From the NCBI GenBank assembly GCA_034670305.1, contig JAXMNT010000027.1, forward strand, positions 1 through 64,000: a stretch of 64,000 nt of DNA, written 5' to 3'. Positions 27,913-39,312 of the stretch are shown piece after piece. Made by a program: the position numbers and the translations under genes. This DNA is from Deltaproteobacteria bacterium. Its GTDB lineage: Bacteria > Myxococcota_A > Polyangia > Polyangiales > Houyiibacteriaceae. Under the pieces are notes generated by a model, which saw only the letters and a program-made list of their open reading frames with translations, was not told the origin of the DNA and did no database searches. How positions within the stretch are numbered: the stretch's first letter is position 1; every line of letters begins with the position of its first letter.

Positions 27913-28692
27913 TCAGCGTCGGAAGCGCGCGCGGAGGGCGTCCGCGAAGAGCCACGCGGCGAAGGGCAGGTCGTCGATCAAGTAGCGCCGCACCAGCCGC
28001 TTCGGATCCTGCGTCATCCGGTGGACCCACTCGACCCCTGCCCGCTGCATCCACTCGGGCGCGCGTTCCACCTGGCCGGCCAAGAAGCCGAAGCTGATGC
28101 CCACACCCATCAGCCATGCGCACGGAAAACGCTGCTTGAGCTTCTGGATCACGTACTCCTGTTTCGGTGAACCGAGTCCCACCAAGATGACGTCGGGCAC
28201 GCCTCCCTCACCAGCCGCCTCCCGGATCTCTGCTTCGATGTCGTCGATCTCATGAACCGTCGCGGGGTTCGAGACCCACGGGCTCGAGGTGCCGACGATG
28301 CGCAGCGCGGGATGACGGCGTTCGAGCTCTGCTCGGCACCCTTCGGCCGCGCCCGGATCACCGCCGAGCAGGTAGAGGCTTCGTCCCTCCGCCGCCGCGC
28401 GTTCGGCGAGCACCGCGGTGATGGTCGAACCCGCCACGCGCTCGGGGAGTGGCGTGCCGCCGAGCCTCGACGCCCAGACCAGCGGCATGCCGTCCGCCAC
28501 TCGAAGATCGGCGGCGTCGTAGGCGGCGCGTGCGTCCGAATCCAGCACGTGGCGGCGCAGGATGTCGAGGTTGGCGGTCACGACCCATCCGCCTTCGCCA
28601 CGCGCCAAACTCTGGAACAGGTGGTCGAGCAGTTCGTCGCCATCGATGCGCGCGAGCTCGAGTCCGAGCAGCGTCAGGGTGGGAAAAGACAC
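27913..28692 (-). CDS. WecG/TagA/CpsF family glycosyltransferase
   Basis: VTANLD, ADGMPLVWAS, ERVAGS, GLGSPKQE, RAPEWMQRAGVEW. Confidence 0.92.
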   Translation of the reverse strand: MSFPTLTLLGLELARIDGDELLDHLFQSLARGEGGWVVTANLDILRRHVLDSDARAAYDAADLRVADGMPLVWASRLGGTPLPERVAGSTITAVLAERAAAEGRSLYLLGGDPGAAEGCRAELERRHPALRIVGTSSPWVSNPATVHEIDDIEAEIREAAGEGGVPDVILVGLGSPKQEYVIQKLKQRFPCAWLMGVGISFGFLAGQVERAPEWMQRAGVEWVHRMTQDPKRLVRRYLIDDLPFAAWLFADALRARFRR

Positions 28693-28726
28693 GCGCCGCT
28701 CTAGCAGCTGAACCGTGGGGGCGCGA

Positions 28727-30046
28727 TCATCGCCGAACGGTTTGCCGACGGTGGGCGAGCGCGCGACCGCGGCGCATCCAGAGAAGGCCGACGATCCCCA
28801 GCGGCCAAGCCGACGTCGACGGTCCGGGCGCCGTGCATCCGCAGCCGGCGCCACCACCCGATCCGGCGCCGGCGTCGGGTCCGGCTTCGGGTCCGGCGTC
28901 GCTCAACATCAGGTCGCGGTCGATGTCCGCGTTCGAGACCTCGCAGGTGCCCGGCACCGAACTCGACGCGTCGCACTCGACCGGCCCATCCATCTCGTCG
29001 TAGTCGAAGACCCGCTCGAACGTGACTCCGTCGTCCGCGCTCCGCCCGATCGCGAACCCCGCGGCGAAGGTCGACGCGCACCCCCAGAGTTCTCCGTCGC
29101 GCCGCGCGAGGCAGGCGAGCGAGAGCGTGGTGTTCACGTGTTCGAGCTCGCCGCCCGGGCGTTTGCGCCACAGTCCGAAGTCCCGGACCGGCAGTCCCGG
29201 GTTGCGCGCGCTCAGGTAGTAGGTCCCGTCCGGTCCGAAGACCATCCCGGTCACGGTGTGCACGGTGAGGATCGGCGTCCAGGTCTCGCCACCATCGTCG
29301 CTGCGCAGCACGCGGTCGAAGAAGTCGTCGCGAAACCGGTCGTGTACTTCGCGCACCCAGAGCCGGTCTTCGTCCGCCGGGTCGACCGCCAGCAGCTCCA
29401 AGCTGAAGCCTTCTTCGCTCCGCTCGAATGGGAACCGTTCCCAGGTGGCGCCGTCGTCGTCCGAGCGGTGCACGAAGGTCTCGCGTTCGGTGTCGCCGGT
29501 CGCCGGATAGACGCCGCTCAGGTAGATGCGGTCCGGGTTCGAGGGCGCGATGAGAATGCTCTCGAAGAGGATCGGCTCGATCGGCGCACTCGTCGGGGTC
29601 CACGACACTCCGTCGTCGTCGGTGACGGTGACGAAGTTGGTCACACCGCCGGAGCTCGTCAGCGCGTAGAACCGGCCCTCGTCGTCCGGCGCGAAGATCC
29701 CATCGATGATCACGATGCGCTCGAGTTCCGGCACCGGGTAGTTCCAATCGCAGCCCGAGGTCGGCCCACGCTGCAACCCTCGAAAGGTCGCGGCGAGGAA
29801 AGTGCCTTCGGGGGTGAGGAACGCGGGCGGATCTTCGGTCGCGGCGATGTTCAGCGCGGTGCGGCACACCCAGTGGTAGGTCACGCCGCCGTCCTGCGTG
29901 AACACGATGCCGAAGGTGGTGTTGAACGCGAGCACGTCCGCGTCGGCGGGGTGCTGGATGATCTGGTAGGTCGCCGCGAACCGGCCGTGCGCCGACGCCT
30001 GGCTCGCCACCATCCACACCAAGAGGCCACACACGAGCGCACGCAT
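28727..30046 (-). CDS. Secreted beta-propeller (BNR/Asp-box) protein with MYXO-CTERM
   Basis: Signal peptide; repeated SDDxGxTW Asp-boxes; C-terminal GGGAGCGC...hydrophobic...RR. Confidence 0.85.
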   Translation of the reverse strand: MRALVCGLLVWMVASQASAHGRFAATYQIIQHPADADVLAFNTTFGIVFTQDGGVTYHWVCRTALNIAATEDPPAFLTPEGTFLAATFRGLQRGPTSGCDWNYPVPELERIVIIDGIFAPDDEGRFYALTSSGGVTNFVTVTDDDGVSWTPTSAPIEPILFESILIAPSNPDRIYLSGVYPATGDTERETFVHRSDDDGATWERFPFERSEEGFSLELLAVDPADEDRLWVREVHDRFRDDFFDRVLRSDDGGETWTPILTVHTVTGMVFGPDGTYYLSARNPGLPVRDFGLWRKRPGGELEHVNTTLSLACLARRDGELWGCASTFAAGFAIGRSADDGVTFERVFDYDEMDGPVECDASSSVPGTCEVSNADIDRDLMLSDAGPEAGPDAGAGSGGGAGCGCTAPGPSTSAWPLGIVGLLWMRRGRALAHRRQTVRR

Positions 30047-30104
30047 CGAGCCCACCGTAGCAGGCCCGCCTGAGCGCGCCCGCGCCCCAAAGCGGGACGT
30101 CGGA

Positions 30105-32987
30105 TCAGGGAACCGCGGGGGCCTCAGATGCAGGTGCGTCGAGGAACGGGGCATAGGTGGCGCGTCCCAGCCTCGCGTCGTCCAGGTCGTCGATGATGAG
30201 CGCTTCGATCTCTGCCGGGACCGTGGTGCACCAGTGGTTCCCGGAGAGATCGAGGTCTGTAGAGCGGGTGAGTTCGACCACCGCAGCGCCATCGGTGCGG
30301 CACAGGTTGCTCTCTAAGATCACGGTTGGGCCGAGCAGCAGTCGCGAATCCACCACGGTGCTCTGTACGAGGGAACGAACATTGGTGCCCTCCATTCCCC
30401 GGATGAGGCTCTGGTGTGCCGCGAATCCGAAAGTGCGGCCGCCTGGGCCCGTCACGCAGTTCGCCAACTCCGAGTCCACCAACGTGAGGTCGTCGAATCC
30501 GCACGCCGCCTGGTCCACGAGCGTCGAGCCGAAGACCTCGACCCCGCTCCCGATGCCTGCACCAAAGGCGAGGTTCCGAGTGATGTTGTCGTTGTTCTCA
30601 ATGCGTCCGCCGCGGAATGTCGTTCGGGTCGCGCCGCGCGGGGCTGGCGTGATGGCCACGAAGTTGGACTGCAGCACGGAGTCTGTGGTCGTTCCAGCCT
30701 CGACCGCGAAGGTGTTTTCCTCGAACAGACAACGGGCGATGGTCGCTCCCCTCACAGCCTGGGACGCGTGTCGAACCTCGCAGTCCGATAGGGCGACCTC
30801 CCCGCTCGAAGAGATACCGAACCAATCGCTGCGGGTCGGCGTGGCGGAGCTCGATTCGAAGATCACCGGCGCCACCTCGGTGCCCATGGCGACGAGCGCG
30901 CCGGTCACGGTGATCGTCACACCCGGATCGATCTGAAGGTGGGTGCCCGGCCCGAGGATCCAGCGTGCGTCCACGTCGACGAACACGTCGCCGGTGATCC
31001 GCACGAGTCCGCCTTGCCACACGGTGTCGGTCTCGATCGACCCGCTGAAGGTGGCCGGCGCGGTGCTGGTGGGCGCGCATCCTCCAGCCGCGCCGACACA
31101 CAACTGCCCGGCCGGACACAAGGGCCCCTCATTGACGGCGCCGTCGCAGTCGTCGTCGATGTCGTTGCAGACTTCGGCGGCTTCGGGGCTGCGCGTCGCG
31201 TCGTCGTCCGCGCAGTCCGAGTACGTCGCAACGTAGTCGATGCCGAGACACGCGAGGTCGGGCGGCACGAAGGCGCCGTGGCCGTCCGCGTCGCTGTCGG
31301 GGTAGACCCACTCGAGCAGGCCTTCGTCTTCTTCGCCGTCGCAGTCGTTGTCCTCGTAGTCGCAGGTGACTTCGTCCGCTTCGTACATGGGCAGCAGCGC
31401 GTAGTCCGGTTCGACTTCCACGCCACCTGCGCAGCTCTTGCGCGCGCCAGAGCACACGCCCAGCTGCACATCGGCCAGCGCGGTCTCGGCGTCTTCGTCG
31501 ACGGTCACATCGCAGTCGTTGTCGACGTTGTCGCAGAGTTCGTTCAAACCGGGCGCCCGGTTCGGATCCCCGTCGTCGCAGTCGCCGTCGACGTCGGCGT
31601 ACCCGGCGGGCGGCGCGCACGCGGTCGTGGTGTCGGTGTCGACCCCCACGCCGTCCCCGTCCATGTCCAAGAACCACTCCAGGTCCGGGTCTTCGTCGAC
31701 CGCTTCGTCGCAGTCTTCGTCGCGGCCATCGCAGACGTCGAACTCGACGTCGGGGTTCACGAAGCGGTCGCGGTCGTCGCAGTCTCCGCCGATCGCCACC
31801 AGCATCACCGTTGGACTCCCCGGCAGACACTCGAGGCCCCCGCGTCCGCCGTACCCGTCCCCGTCGGCGTCTCCGAACCAGCCCATGTCGTTCTCGTCGA
31901 CCACCGCGTCGCAGTCGTTGTCGAGCGCGTCGCACCGCTCGACCGCGCCCGCGAACACCGTCGCTTCCGTATCGTCGCAGTCGTCGGCCGGCTGCGTGCC
32001 GCCGGTGCAGCCGGTGGAGTGCCCGTCGCCGTCTTCGTCGTCGTTCACCCCATCGCAGTCGTTGTCGACGCCGTCGCAGAGCTCTTCCGCGTCCGGGTGG
32101 ATCGCCGGGTCTTCGTCGTTGCAGTCGCCGATGCGTTCGGTGAAGCCTTCGGGTGCGACGCACGCGACGACGGAGCGCCCCAATCGGCCGTAGGCGTCTC
32201 CATCGTCGTCTCGGTAGTACGCCTGGCCGCGGAGTCCTTCGTCGATGACCCCGTCGCAGTCGTTGTCGATTGCGTCGCAGAGCTCGGCGGCGGTCGGATG
32301 CACCTGCGGGTTGTCGTCGTCGCAGTCTTCGAAGTCGGTCCACCGGTCTCGGTCGGCGTCGGCGCCGGTTGGGATCGGACGGCACCCGATGTTGGCATCG
32401 CAGTATTGCTCGGCGGTGCAGTCGGTCGCCTCGTCCGCGTTCGCGTAGCAGAACCCATCGAGGCACGAGAACGATCCGCACGCGGCTTCGCCGCAATCCG
32501 CGTCTCCCGCACAGGTGGGCGCGCCGCATTCTTCGGGCGCTTCGAGCGTGCAGCGTGGGCTCACGCATTGACCGGCCAGACACGCCGTCGCGGTCGGGTT
32601 GCCGACGGTCGGACACATCACGCCGCGGCAGTCCCGGGTGATGAGCGCGGTCAGTCCGGTGTCTCCGCGCACGATGGCCACGACTGGTTGCCGGATGACC
32701 ACCGCGTCGCTCGCGTCACGCAGCCGCACCTCGAGTTGCCAGTCTCCGTCGGGCAGTTCGAGTTGTCCGACCCGCACGCCGGTCTGGTAATCGCCCTCGA
32801 GTTCGGCGGGTCGCTCGGTCCGCGCGCGGACTTCGGATCCGTCTTCGTGGAAGAGCACGACCTCGACCCGGGAGAACTCGATGCCCGCCAACATGTCGGT
32901 GCGAAGATCCACCAGGAGCCGACTCGACTCCGTCGTGCATCCCACACAACCCAGCACCAAGAGCCCCACCCAGCATCTCGAAAGCAT
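30105..32987 (-). CDS. Lipoprotein with many MopE-like metal-binding repeats (DCDD...E.CD..DNDCD) and a C-terminal beta-helix
   Basis: Lipobox GCVGC; repeated [30 protein letters not shown] units; [10 protein letters not shown]...[10 protein letters not shown] beta-helix start. Confidence 0.85.
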   Translation of the reverse strand: MLSRCWVGLLVLGCVGCTTESSRLLVDLRTDMLAGIEFSRVEVVLFHEDGSEVRARTERPAELEGDYQTGVRVGQLELPDGDWQLEVRLRDASDAVVIRQPVVAIVRGDTGLTALITRDCRGVMCPTVGNPTATACLAGQCVSPRCTLEAPEECGAPTCAGDADCGEAACGSFSCLDGFCYANADEATDCTAEQYCDANIGCRPIPTGADADRDRWTDFEDCDDDNPQVHPTAAELCDAIDNDCDGVIDEGLRGQAYYRDDDGDAYGRLGRSVVACVAPEGFTERIGDCNDEDPAIHPDAEELCDGVDNDCDGVNDDEDGDGHSTGCTGGTQPADDCDDTEATVFAGAVERCDALDNDCDAVVDENDMGWFGDADGDGYGGRGGLECLPGSPTVMLVAIGGDCDDRDRFVNPDVEFDVCDGRDEDCDEAVDEDPDLEWFLDMDGDGVGVDTDTTTACAPPAGYADVDGDCDDGDPNRAPGLNELCDNVDNDCDVTVDEDAETALADVQLGVCSGARKSCAGGVEVEPDYALLPMYEADEVTCDYEDNDCDGEEDEGLLEWVYPDSDADGHGAFVPPDLACLGIDYVATYSDCADDDATRSPEAAEVCNDIDDDCDGAVNEGPLCPAGQLCVGAAGGCAPTSTAPATFSGSIETDTVWQGGLVRITGDVFVDVDARWILGPGTHLQIDPGVTITVTGALVAMGTEVAPVIFESSSATPTRSDWFGISSSGEVALSDCEVRHASQAVRGATIARCLFEENTFAVEAGTTTDSVLQSNFVAITPAPRGATRTTFRGGRIENNDNITRNLAFGAGIGSGVEVFGSTLVDQAACGFDDLTLVDSELANCVTGPGGRTFGFAAHQSLIRGMEGTNVRSLVQSTVVDSRLLLGPTVILESNLCRTDGAAVVELTRSTDLDLSGNHWCTTVPAEIEALIIDDLDDARLGRATYAPFLDAPASEAPAVP

Positions 32988-33070
32988 CCACCATCGTATC
33001 ACCCGAATTGGGGAGGCGGCGGGGATGGGAATCGGCCCGCGTGCGACCCGATCACTTCAGTCGTTCCGGT

Positions 33071-33802
33071 TCAGCGGTAGGAGTCGATCAGGTCGAGTGC
33101 GAGCGGGCTCGACCAGTCGAAGGCGCCGTCGTAGCGGAAGCGCACCACCCCGTTGCGGTCGATGATCCAGGTCTCTGGGTAGAGTTCGGAACCAAAGAGC
33201 TCGTTCGAGACGTGTTTGTCGGGGTCGAGCAAGTACTTGAGGGCGCTCTCGGGCCGCCCGCGCCGCAGGCTCAGTCCCGACAGGGCGGTCCACTGCGGTT
33301 CGTGTCGTTCGATCTCGGTTTCTTCCCAACTCGGGTCGGTCGCGATCGCGAGGACCTGCACGTCGCCCCACTTCCGCACCAGGTGCGCCAACCGCTCGAG
33401 GGAAGGCATCTCTTCGATGCACGGCGGGCAGTCGGAGCTCCAGAAGTTCACCACCACCACATCGCCACGGTGGTCCGCCAGGGACCAGCGCTGGTCGGAC
33501 TGCCACTGCTCCAGTTCGAAGTCTGGGGCGAGTCGGTCGTGTCCGAGGTAGTGCGGGAACCCGGACTCTCCGTCTCCGTCGGTCAGCTCGGCGAAGCGTC
33601 CTTCGCCCACCATCGACCGTTCTTCCGAGGTGGCGTCGAGGGAGACCCCGCTCGAAAGCGCGGACGCCAGCCCGACGGCGAGCGGCACACCAAGCACCGC
33701 GGCAACCGCCAGCGCCGCCAATTCCGCGCGCCGCTTTCGCTCGGCGCCATCGCTGCGCTTGGACGAGTCGGCCTGGGGTTTGGCCTTCGACTTCTTGGTC
33801 AC
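33071..33802 (-). CDS. TlpA/ResA-like thioredoxin-fold disulfide reductase
   Basis: TM anchor, APDFEL, VVNFWSSDCPPC, YPETWIIDRNG; GTGA overlap with the upstream gene. Confidence 0.9.
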   Translation of the reverse strand: MTKKSKAKPQADSSKRSDGAERKRRAELAALAVAAVLGVPLAVGLASALSSGVSLDATSEERSMVGEGRFAELTDGDGESGFPHYLGHDRLAPDFELEQWQSDQRWSLADHRGDVVVVNFWSSDCPPCIEEMPSLERLAHLVRKWGDVQVLAIATDPSWEETEIERHEPQWTALSGLSLRRGRPESALKYLLDPDKHVSNELFGSELYPETWIIDRNGVVRFRYDGAFDWSSPLALDLIDSYR

Positions 33803-34347
33803 GACTTGCTCGTGCGGGTGGACGCCATGGTTCGAGCCTGCTCCACATCGCCCCGGCTCGCATCCCAACCGATCAGCGGGTCCGAGACCTCCGGTGGACG
33901 CACCCGGGACCCGTCGACCTCGAAGTACAGGCCGAGGTCGTCTTCCCCAAGGCGCTCGGCCAACCGCCCGGTGGCGTGGTCGTCGAATCGAGCCGGCACC
34001 CGGCCCTCGCGCACATCACACCACAGGCCGTCCTCGGGCCCGCGCCTCAGCGTCGTGGGGTCGAGGCGTTCTTCGGTGTCGCCCGACAGGGTGAGCCAGG
34101 CCTGGGTGCCGACCCAGCGGACACTTCGGACGAAAAACGGCGGCCCCTCGATCTGAACGAATGCCCAGTTGATCTGGTTGTTCAAACACAGTCGTCCGTC
34201 GGGGGCGCGGTCGATCCAGCGGTCGAACGCTCGGCTGAGCGGCGCATGGTCGATGGGCACGTCGCCGTCGTACCACGTGCCCCGCGCGTCTCGGCGGATG
34301 GCCGTCTCGCGGGTGAACCCCCGCCGCAACATCTCGGCCGCATCCAT
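33799..34347 (-). CDS. DUF1285-like protein
   Basis: IRRDARGTWYDG.PI.H, VQIEGPPFFVRSV, LSGDTEERL. Confidence 0.65.
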   Translation of the reverse strand: MDAAEMLRRGFTRETAIRRDARGTWYDGDVPIDHAPLSRAFDRWIDRAPDGRLCLNNQINWAFVQIEGPPFFVRSVRWVGTQAWLTLSGDTEERLDPTTLRRGPEDGLWCDVREGRVPARFDDHATGRLAERLGEDDLGLYFEVDGSRVRPPEVSDPLIGWDASRGDVEQARTMASTRTSKS

Positions 34348-34526
34348 CGGCGTGTTCTAGCACCGCTCTTGGTGCGAAGCACTTTGCGCGGCACCGCGCC
34401 TTCGACTCTGCGTCGACCGTCGGTCCGAACGGAAGTTGGGGCTTCGTTCTGGAAGTCGGACCGGAAGAGAGGTGCATGCTACGGTGTTCGGTGGTCAAAC
34501 CCCGGTAGTTCGACCTTCTGAGAGAC

Positions 34527-37500
34527 GTGGCCGCCCCGATCGAGTCGCCCGACGAGGGGCATGAACCGGTGACGTCCGCGGACGTGGCGGCCGGCACCGA
34601 TCCATCGATCCAATCGGGCCCGCTGCCGTCTCCGAATGGCGAGGCGAACGGCGAGGGAAATGGGCACACGAACGGTCACCCGAACGGACATGGGCCGCTC
34701 CTCGATCCGTCCCCGCCCCAGAGCCTGCCGCCCGCACCGATTCCCCTCGCACGCTCCAAGAAGCGGACCCCTCCGACCCCGCTGCGGCCCCCGCCTTCGC
34801 TCCGGCCTTCGCCCTCGATCCGCCGGGCCACCCGAAAGGTCCGACAGAAACTCGCCGGCAAAGGCGGCGGGCCGATGCGTGTGCTGCGCATCCTGGTGCT
34901 GCTCGTGCTCGCCGTCCTCGGCGTCGCCATCGTCGTCACCCAGACCGAATGGGGTGAGCGCAAGATCACCGACGCGGCGACCGACGCGATCCGCGAACAG
35001 CTCGGGCTCGAGGCGACGTTCGGTGCAGTCGAGGTGCGGGTGCACGTCTTGCCGCCGGGCCTCGAGTTGCACGCGACCGACATCCAACTCGACCACCACA
35101 CCCACGGTCGCTTCGCGCAGGCGCGTTCGCTTGGAATCGAACCCTCGCTCTGGGCGCTGATCACCGGCCGGGTGGACCTCGACCACATCGAGCTGGTCGA
35201 GCCACAGGTTCACCTGCTCATCGAGGACGGGGTGATCGTCAACCTCCCCGAGTTCCCCGAGTCCGATGGCGGCACGACCGAGTTACCGTTTCAGCGGCTG
35301 GAGATCCTTGGCGCGGCGGTCACGTTCGATGCGTTTCCGTTCCTCACCGGCAACCTGCGGGATCTCGATCTCACGCTCGACGTCGACGACGATCTCACGC
35401 GCATCGAGCTCGCCTGTCACGGCGGCACCCTGAACCACGCCGGCGGCGAAGAAGAGCTGGTGCAGCTCGACGTCGCGGCGCAACTCGATCTCGGCGGCGA
35501 GCGCCTCGCGGTGGACGAGGCGACCCTCGCGCTCTCCGATCTCCGCATCGAGGTGTCCGACGGAACGGTGCCCTTCGATCTCGAAGAGCCGTACGGCGGG
35601 CGCATCTCGGTGCGGGTGGATCTCGCGATGGTCCAGCGCCTGCCCACCGCGTTCGAGATCCCGCACCTCTCTGGGGTCATCCTCGTCGAAGGGGATCTGA
35701 ACGGCGCGGGCAGCGCGTGGCCGACGGGTAGCGCGCACGTCCGTGCCGAAGACGTCTGGATCAACCAACGCTTCGGCCTCGGCGACTTCATCGATCTGCA
35801 GCTGCAGATCAACGAAGACACCGTGGAAGTGCTCGAAGAGAGCCACGCGCAGCTGGCGCGCAACGGAGGCGACATCGGCTTGAGTGGGGTCATCGAGCTC
35901 GATGAAGAAGCCGGGTTCCCGACCCGCGTGCGTACCGACATTCGTTCGTTCCAGATGGTGCACCTCATGCACCAACTCAGTGTCAGCTCGCACTCGGTGG
36001 CGTGGTTCCCGCTTCAAGGCGTGGGCGACCTCGAAGGCACCCTCATCCCGTTTGGCATCGAAGGCCCGCTGCGGCTCACCACCCACGACTTCTCGCTGAC
36101 GGTCGACTCGTTCGATGTGCGACCGAGCCGAGAAGTGCTCGGCGTCGAGTCCGGCCGCATCCACGCGCGCTGGCGGTTCGACGAGGAGGCGACGAAGTTC
36201 TTCGATCTGGTGCTCGACACCCCGAACAGCCGCATCGACGTGCCGGTGGTGCACCTCGGCTACGACAACTCGCTGCGCGTGGAAGCCAAGTCGACCCGCA
36301 TCGATCTGGCCGACGTGACCCCGCTCGCGGGATTCGAGCTGGCGGGCCGGGGCGGGCTCGATGTGCGGGTGGAAGGCACGTTCGACGACCCCGTCGTCTT
36401 CGGGCACGCGGCGATCGACGACTTCCACTTCGACTCGTTCCCCATGGGGGACATCGACACCGACTTCCGGGTCCGCGACGACTACTACGCGGTGAGTTTT
36501 CCGAACCTGACCGCGGAGAAGAACCAGAGCCGGTACCGCGTGGACGACCTGACGCTCGACTTCGCGAACGACCAGGTCGAGGTCACCGGCATGCTGCACG
36601 CGTCGCGGATGTCGCTGCAGGACGTCTACCACGTGTTCCACTACGAGAACGACCACCGCTACACGCCGTACCAGGCGCTGCTCCGTGGCCAGATGTCGAT
36701 CCACTTCACCCACGACGGTCCGAACGATGGTCCGAATGGGACGTTCGACAGCGACATGCGCTTCGAGGTCTTGCATGCGGACCTGGACGACCTCTCGTTC
36801 CACCACGGCATGTTCGCGGGCCGGTTCCTCTGGCGCGACTACACGATGGGACTCGACGGCGGGGAACTGCAGATCGACGAGCTCCAGCTGAGCAAGGGCG
36901 CCGGCAACGTGCTGATCGCGGGAGACATCCGACCGCCGAGGCGTCCTGGAGCGGCGGACAGCTTGGGTGCGGCCGGGTACACGGGACCAGCGCAACTGCA
37001 CCTCAGCGTGTCGGCGGATCAGATCCAGATCCGCGAGACCGAAGGCATCGGCGACAGCATGGCGCAGCTCGAAGGCATCTACTCGGTGCTCGGCGAGATC
37101 CGCGGGACGCCGGATGTGCCGCGCATGCACCTCGACCTCGCGTTCACGGGGCTCCGATGGGAAGACACCTACCTGGGCGACGCACGGACCTACGTGCGGT
37201 TGACGGACGGGTCCGATCCCTGGGTCGCGGCTGCTGGGCGCACGGACTTCGATGTCGAGGCCGAGTCGTGTGGACACGCGCGGCATGGGCTAGCCCACGC
37301 ACGCTGGGCGAAGTCGCCGGACGTCCAGACGATCGACGGTCCGCAGGAGCGGCTCGACCGACGCATGGCGTATCTCATCTGCGGTTCGGGTCTCGGTGGC
37401 CAGCTCGAGGTCGATCTCGCGATGGGCTGGACCGATGTGTACCCGCTGCGCGGCGTGGTGGACATCGCGGGCCTTCAGCTCGACCGCTACGTGTCCGAGT

Positions 37501-39131
37501 ACTTCCCCGACCGCCGCCTCGGAGGCGAGATCGCGGGACGCATCGCGCTGCGCGACGGAGCGTTGCTTCGACCCGACACGATCGTCGGGGACATCCGCCT
37601 CGACCGCGCATTCGTGGCGGCGGAGAACGACGGCGGCGACCGGTTCGAACTGGTTGCCGATGGACCGGTTGAGATCGAACTCGCGCGGGGCGGGTTCGAG
37701 GTCAAACGCGCCAACCTGGTCGGCCTCGGCGGGACGGAGCTGCGCATGCACGGGGGCGGCGACTCCCGCGGGCGGCTCGACTTGCACGTGGAGGCGAGCC
37801 TCGACCTCGACCTGCTCGACACGCTCTCCGCCGCGGTCTCGGACTCCGGCGGTGAACTCGGGGTCCGGGTCGACATCGAGGGCAGCTTCGACGACCCGCG
37901 CGTGTTCGGGGAAGCGCGCGTGCGCAACGCCCACATCGCCATGGCCGGCGCACCGGCCACCATCGACGACCTGGACGGATTCGTGCGGTTCAACTCGCGC
38001 CGCGTGCTCTTCGAGCGGTTCGAGGCGGAGATCGCGGGCGGTCGATTCGGCATGGAGGGCGCCGCCACGCTCGCGGACGGAGGCATCGAGAACTACGAGT
38101 TCGACCTGCGACTCGACGGCGCGCACATGCGGCCTCAGGACGGCCTCGACATCGCGCTCACGAGCCGCGCTCAGTTGGCCTGGAACCGCGGCGACCGGCT
38201 GCCGTTGTTGTCTGGGGAACTCCGCCTCGACCGCGTACGTTTCACCCGCAACATCCAGCTCAGTCCCACCCTCGGGCAGCTCTACCGCCCGCAGCGCGAA
38301 GACGTCGAACGGTACGATCCCGAAGCGGACCTGGTCGAACTCGATGTGCGCGTGGTCGACCGCACCCCGGTTCGGGTCAGCAACAACCTGCTCGATCTCG
38401 ACATCCGCATCGACGACGGCGACCGGCCCTTCCGCATCGTCGGCACGGACCAGCGCTACGGGGTGGTCGGCAACCTGATCATTCCACGGGGCACAGTGAC
38501 GTTCCGCGGCACCGAGCTGGCGGTCACCCGCGGCACCATCCGCTTCGACGACGAAACCCGCGTCGACCCGCACTTCGACATCCTCACGGAGACCGAGGTC
38601 AGGCGGCAGCAGTCCACTGCAGACCTGACCGCACCGGCATGGCGGATCCAGGTGCGTGCCCACGGCAGCATGGATGCGTTTCGCCTGGACGCGACGAGCC
38701 AGCCAGCGCTCTCCCAGGAGGACTTGATGCTGCTGCTCACCGTCGGCATGACCTCGGCGGAGGCGCAGCAACTGCAGGCCGGCGATGTCGGCGGCACCGC
38801 GCTCGAGGCGCTCAGTGCGCTCGCGGGCGTCAACGAAGAGGTGACCGATGCGATCGGCGTCATCGACGACTTCGCGATCACCACCCGGTACTCGCCGACG
38901 ACCGGCCGACCGGAGCCCATGGTCACCATCGGCAAGCGCATCGCGGACCGGGTGCGACTGAGTGCGTCGACTGGACTCACGGGTGCAGAGCGCACCTTCC
39001 AAACCGGCGTCGAGTGGCAGGTCGGAGACCAGACGAGCTTCCAGGTCGGCTACGACAACATGAACCGGGAGAGCTCCTCGTCGTTCGGAAACGTCGGCGT
39101 CGACTTCCGCTGGCGGCTCGAGTTCGAGTAG
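34527..39131 (+). CDS. tamB: Translocation and assembly module TamB (AsmA-like, DUF490 C-terminus)
   Basis: N-terminal TM; ~1500 aa beta-taco repeats; SQPALSQEDLMLLLTVG; ends DFRWRLEFE; next to an Omp85 gene. Confidence 0.85.
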   Translation: MAAPIESPDEGHEPVTSADVAAGTDPSIQSGPLPSPNGEANGEGNGHTNGHPNGHGPLLDPSPPQSLPPAPIPLARSKKRTPPTPLRPPPSLRPSPSIRRATRKVRQKLAGKGGGPMRVLRILVLLVLAVLGVAIVVTQTEWGERKITDAATDAIREQLGLEATFGAVEVRVHVLPPGLELHATDIQLDHHTHGRFAQARSLGIEPSLWALITGRVDLDHIELVEPQVHLLIEDGVIVNLPEFPESDGGTTELPFQRLEILGAAVTFDAFPFLTGNLRDLDLTLDVDDDLTRIELACHGGTLNHAGGEEELVQLDVAAQLDLGGERLAVDEATLALSDLRIEVSDGTVPFDLEEPYGGRISVRVDLAMVQRLPTAFEIPHLSGVILVEGDLNGAGSAWPTGSAHVRAEDVWINQRFGLGDFIDLQLQINEDTVEVLEESHAQLARNGGDIGLSGVIELDEEAGFPTRVRTDIRSFQMVHLMHQLSVSSHSVAWFPLQGVGDLEGTLIPFGIEGPLRLTTHDFSLTVDSFDVRPSREVLGVESGRIHARWRFDEEATKFFDLVLDTPNSRIDVPVVHLGYDNSLRVEAKSTRIDLADVTPLAGFELAGRGGLDVRVEGTFDDPVVFGHAAIDDFHFDSFPMGDIDTDFRVRDDYYAVSFPNLTAEKNQSRYRVDDLTLDFANDQVEVTGMLHASRMSLQDVYHVFHYENDHRYTPYQALLRGQMSIHFTHDGPNDGPNGTFDSDMRFEVLHADLDDLSFHHGMFAGRFLWRDYTMGLDGGELQIDELQLSKGAGNVLIAGDIRPPRRPGAADSLGAAGYTGPAQLHLSVSADQIQIRETEGIGDSMAQLEGIYSVLGEIRGTPDVPRMHLDLAFTGLRWEDTYLGDARTYVRLTDGSDPWVAAAGRTDFDVEAESCGHARHGLAHARWAKSPDVQTIDGPQERLDRRMAYLICGSGLGGQLEVDLAMGWTDVYPLRGVVDIAGLQLDRYVSEYFPDRRLGGEIAGRIALRDGALLRPDTIVGDIRLDRAFVAAENDGGDRFELVADGPVEIELARGGFEVKRANLVGLGGTELRMHGGGDSRGRLDLHVEASLDLDLLDTLSAAVSDSGGELGVRVDIEGSFDDPRVFGEARVRNAHIAMAGAPATIDDLDGFVRFNSRRVLFERFEAEIAGGRFGMEGAATLADGGIENYEFDLRLDGAHMRPQDGLDIALTSRAQLAWNRGDRLPLLSGELRLDRVRFTRNIQLSPTLGQLYRPQREDVERYDPEADLVELDVRVVDRTPVRVSNNLLDLDIRIDDGDRPFRIVGTDQRYGVVGNLIIPRGTVTFRGTELAVTRGTIRFDDETRVDPHFDILTETEVRRQQSTADLTAPAWRIQVRAHGSMDAFRLDATSQPALSQEDLMLLLTVGMTSAEAQQLQAGDVGGTALEALSALAGVNEEVTDAIGVIDDFAITTRYSPTTGRPEPMVTIGKRIADRVRLSASTGLTGAERTFQTGVEWQVGDQTSFQVGYDNMNRESSSSFGNVGVDFRWRLEFE

Positions 39132-39312
39132 CGGGGTGCGGCGAAGCCGAGCGAAGCGAGCAAGCCTTTTTACGAACGGGGTTTCGGTGCCCCCAAGAGT
39201 TCCGCGCACTCGGCGCAGTTGTCGGTTTCGACTCGCTTTTGAGAATTCGGAGTAGGGTGCGCGTACTGCCGTGTCGCGCGTGTGGACAAGAGATGGGTGC
39301 GTTTGTCCGAAC

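Noticed and set aside
31100..32400. Repeated GTCGCAGTCGTTGTCG motifs as a DNA repeat element
   Set aside because: Explained by DNDCD protein repeats of the MopE-like lipoprotein.
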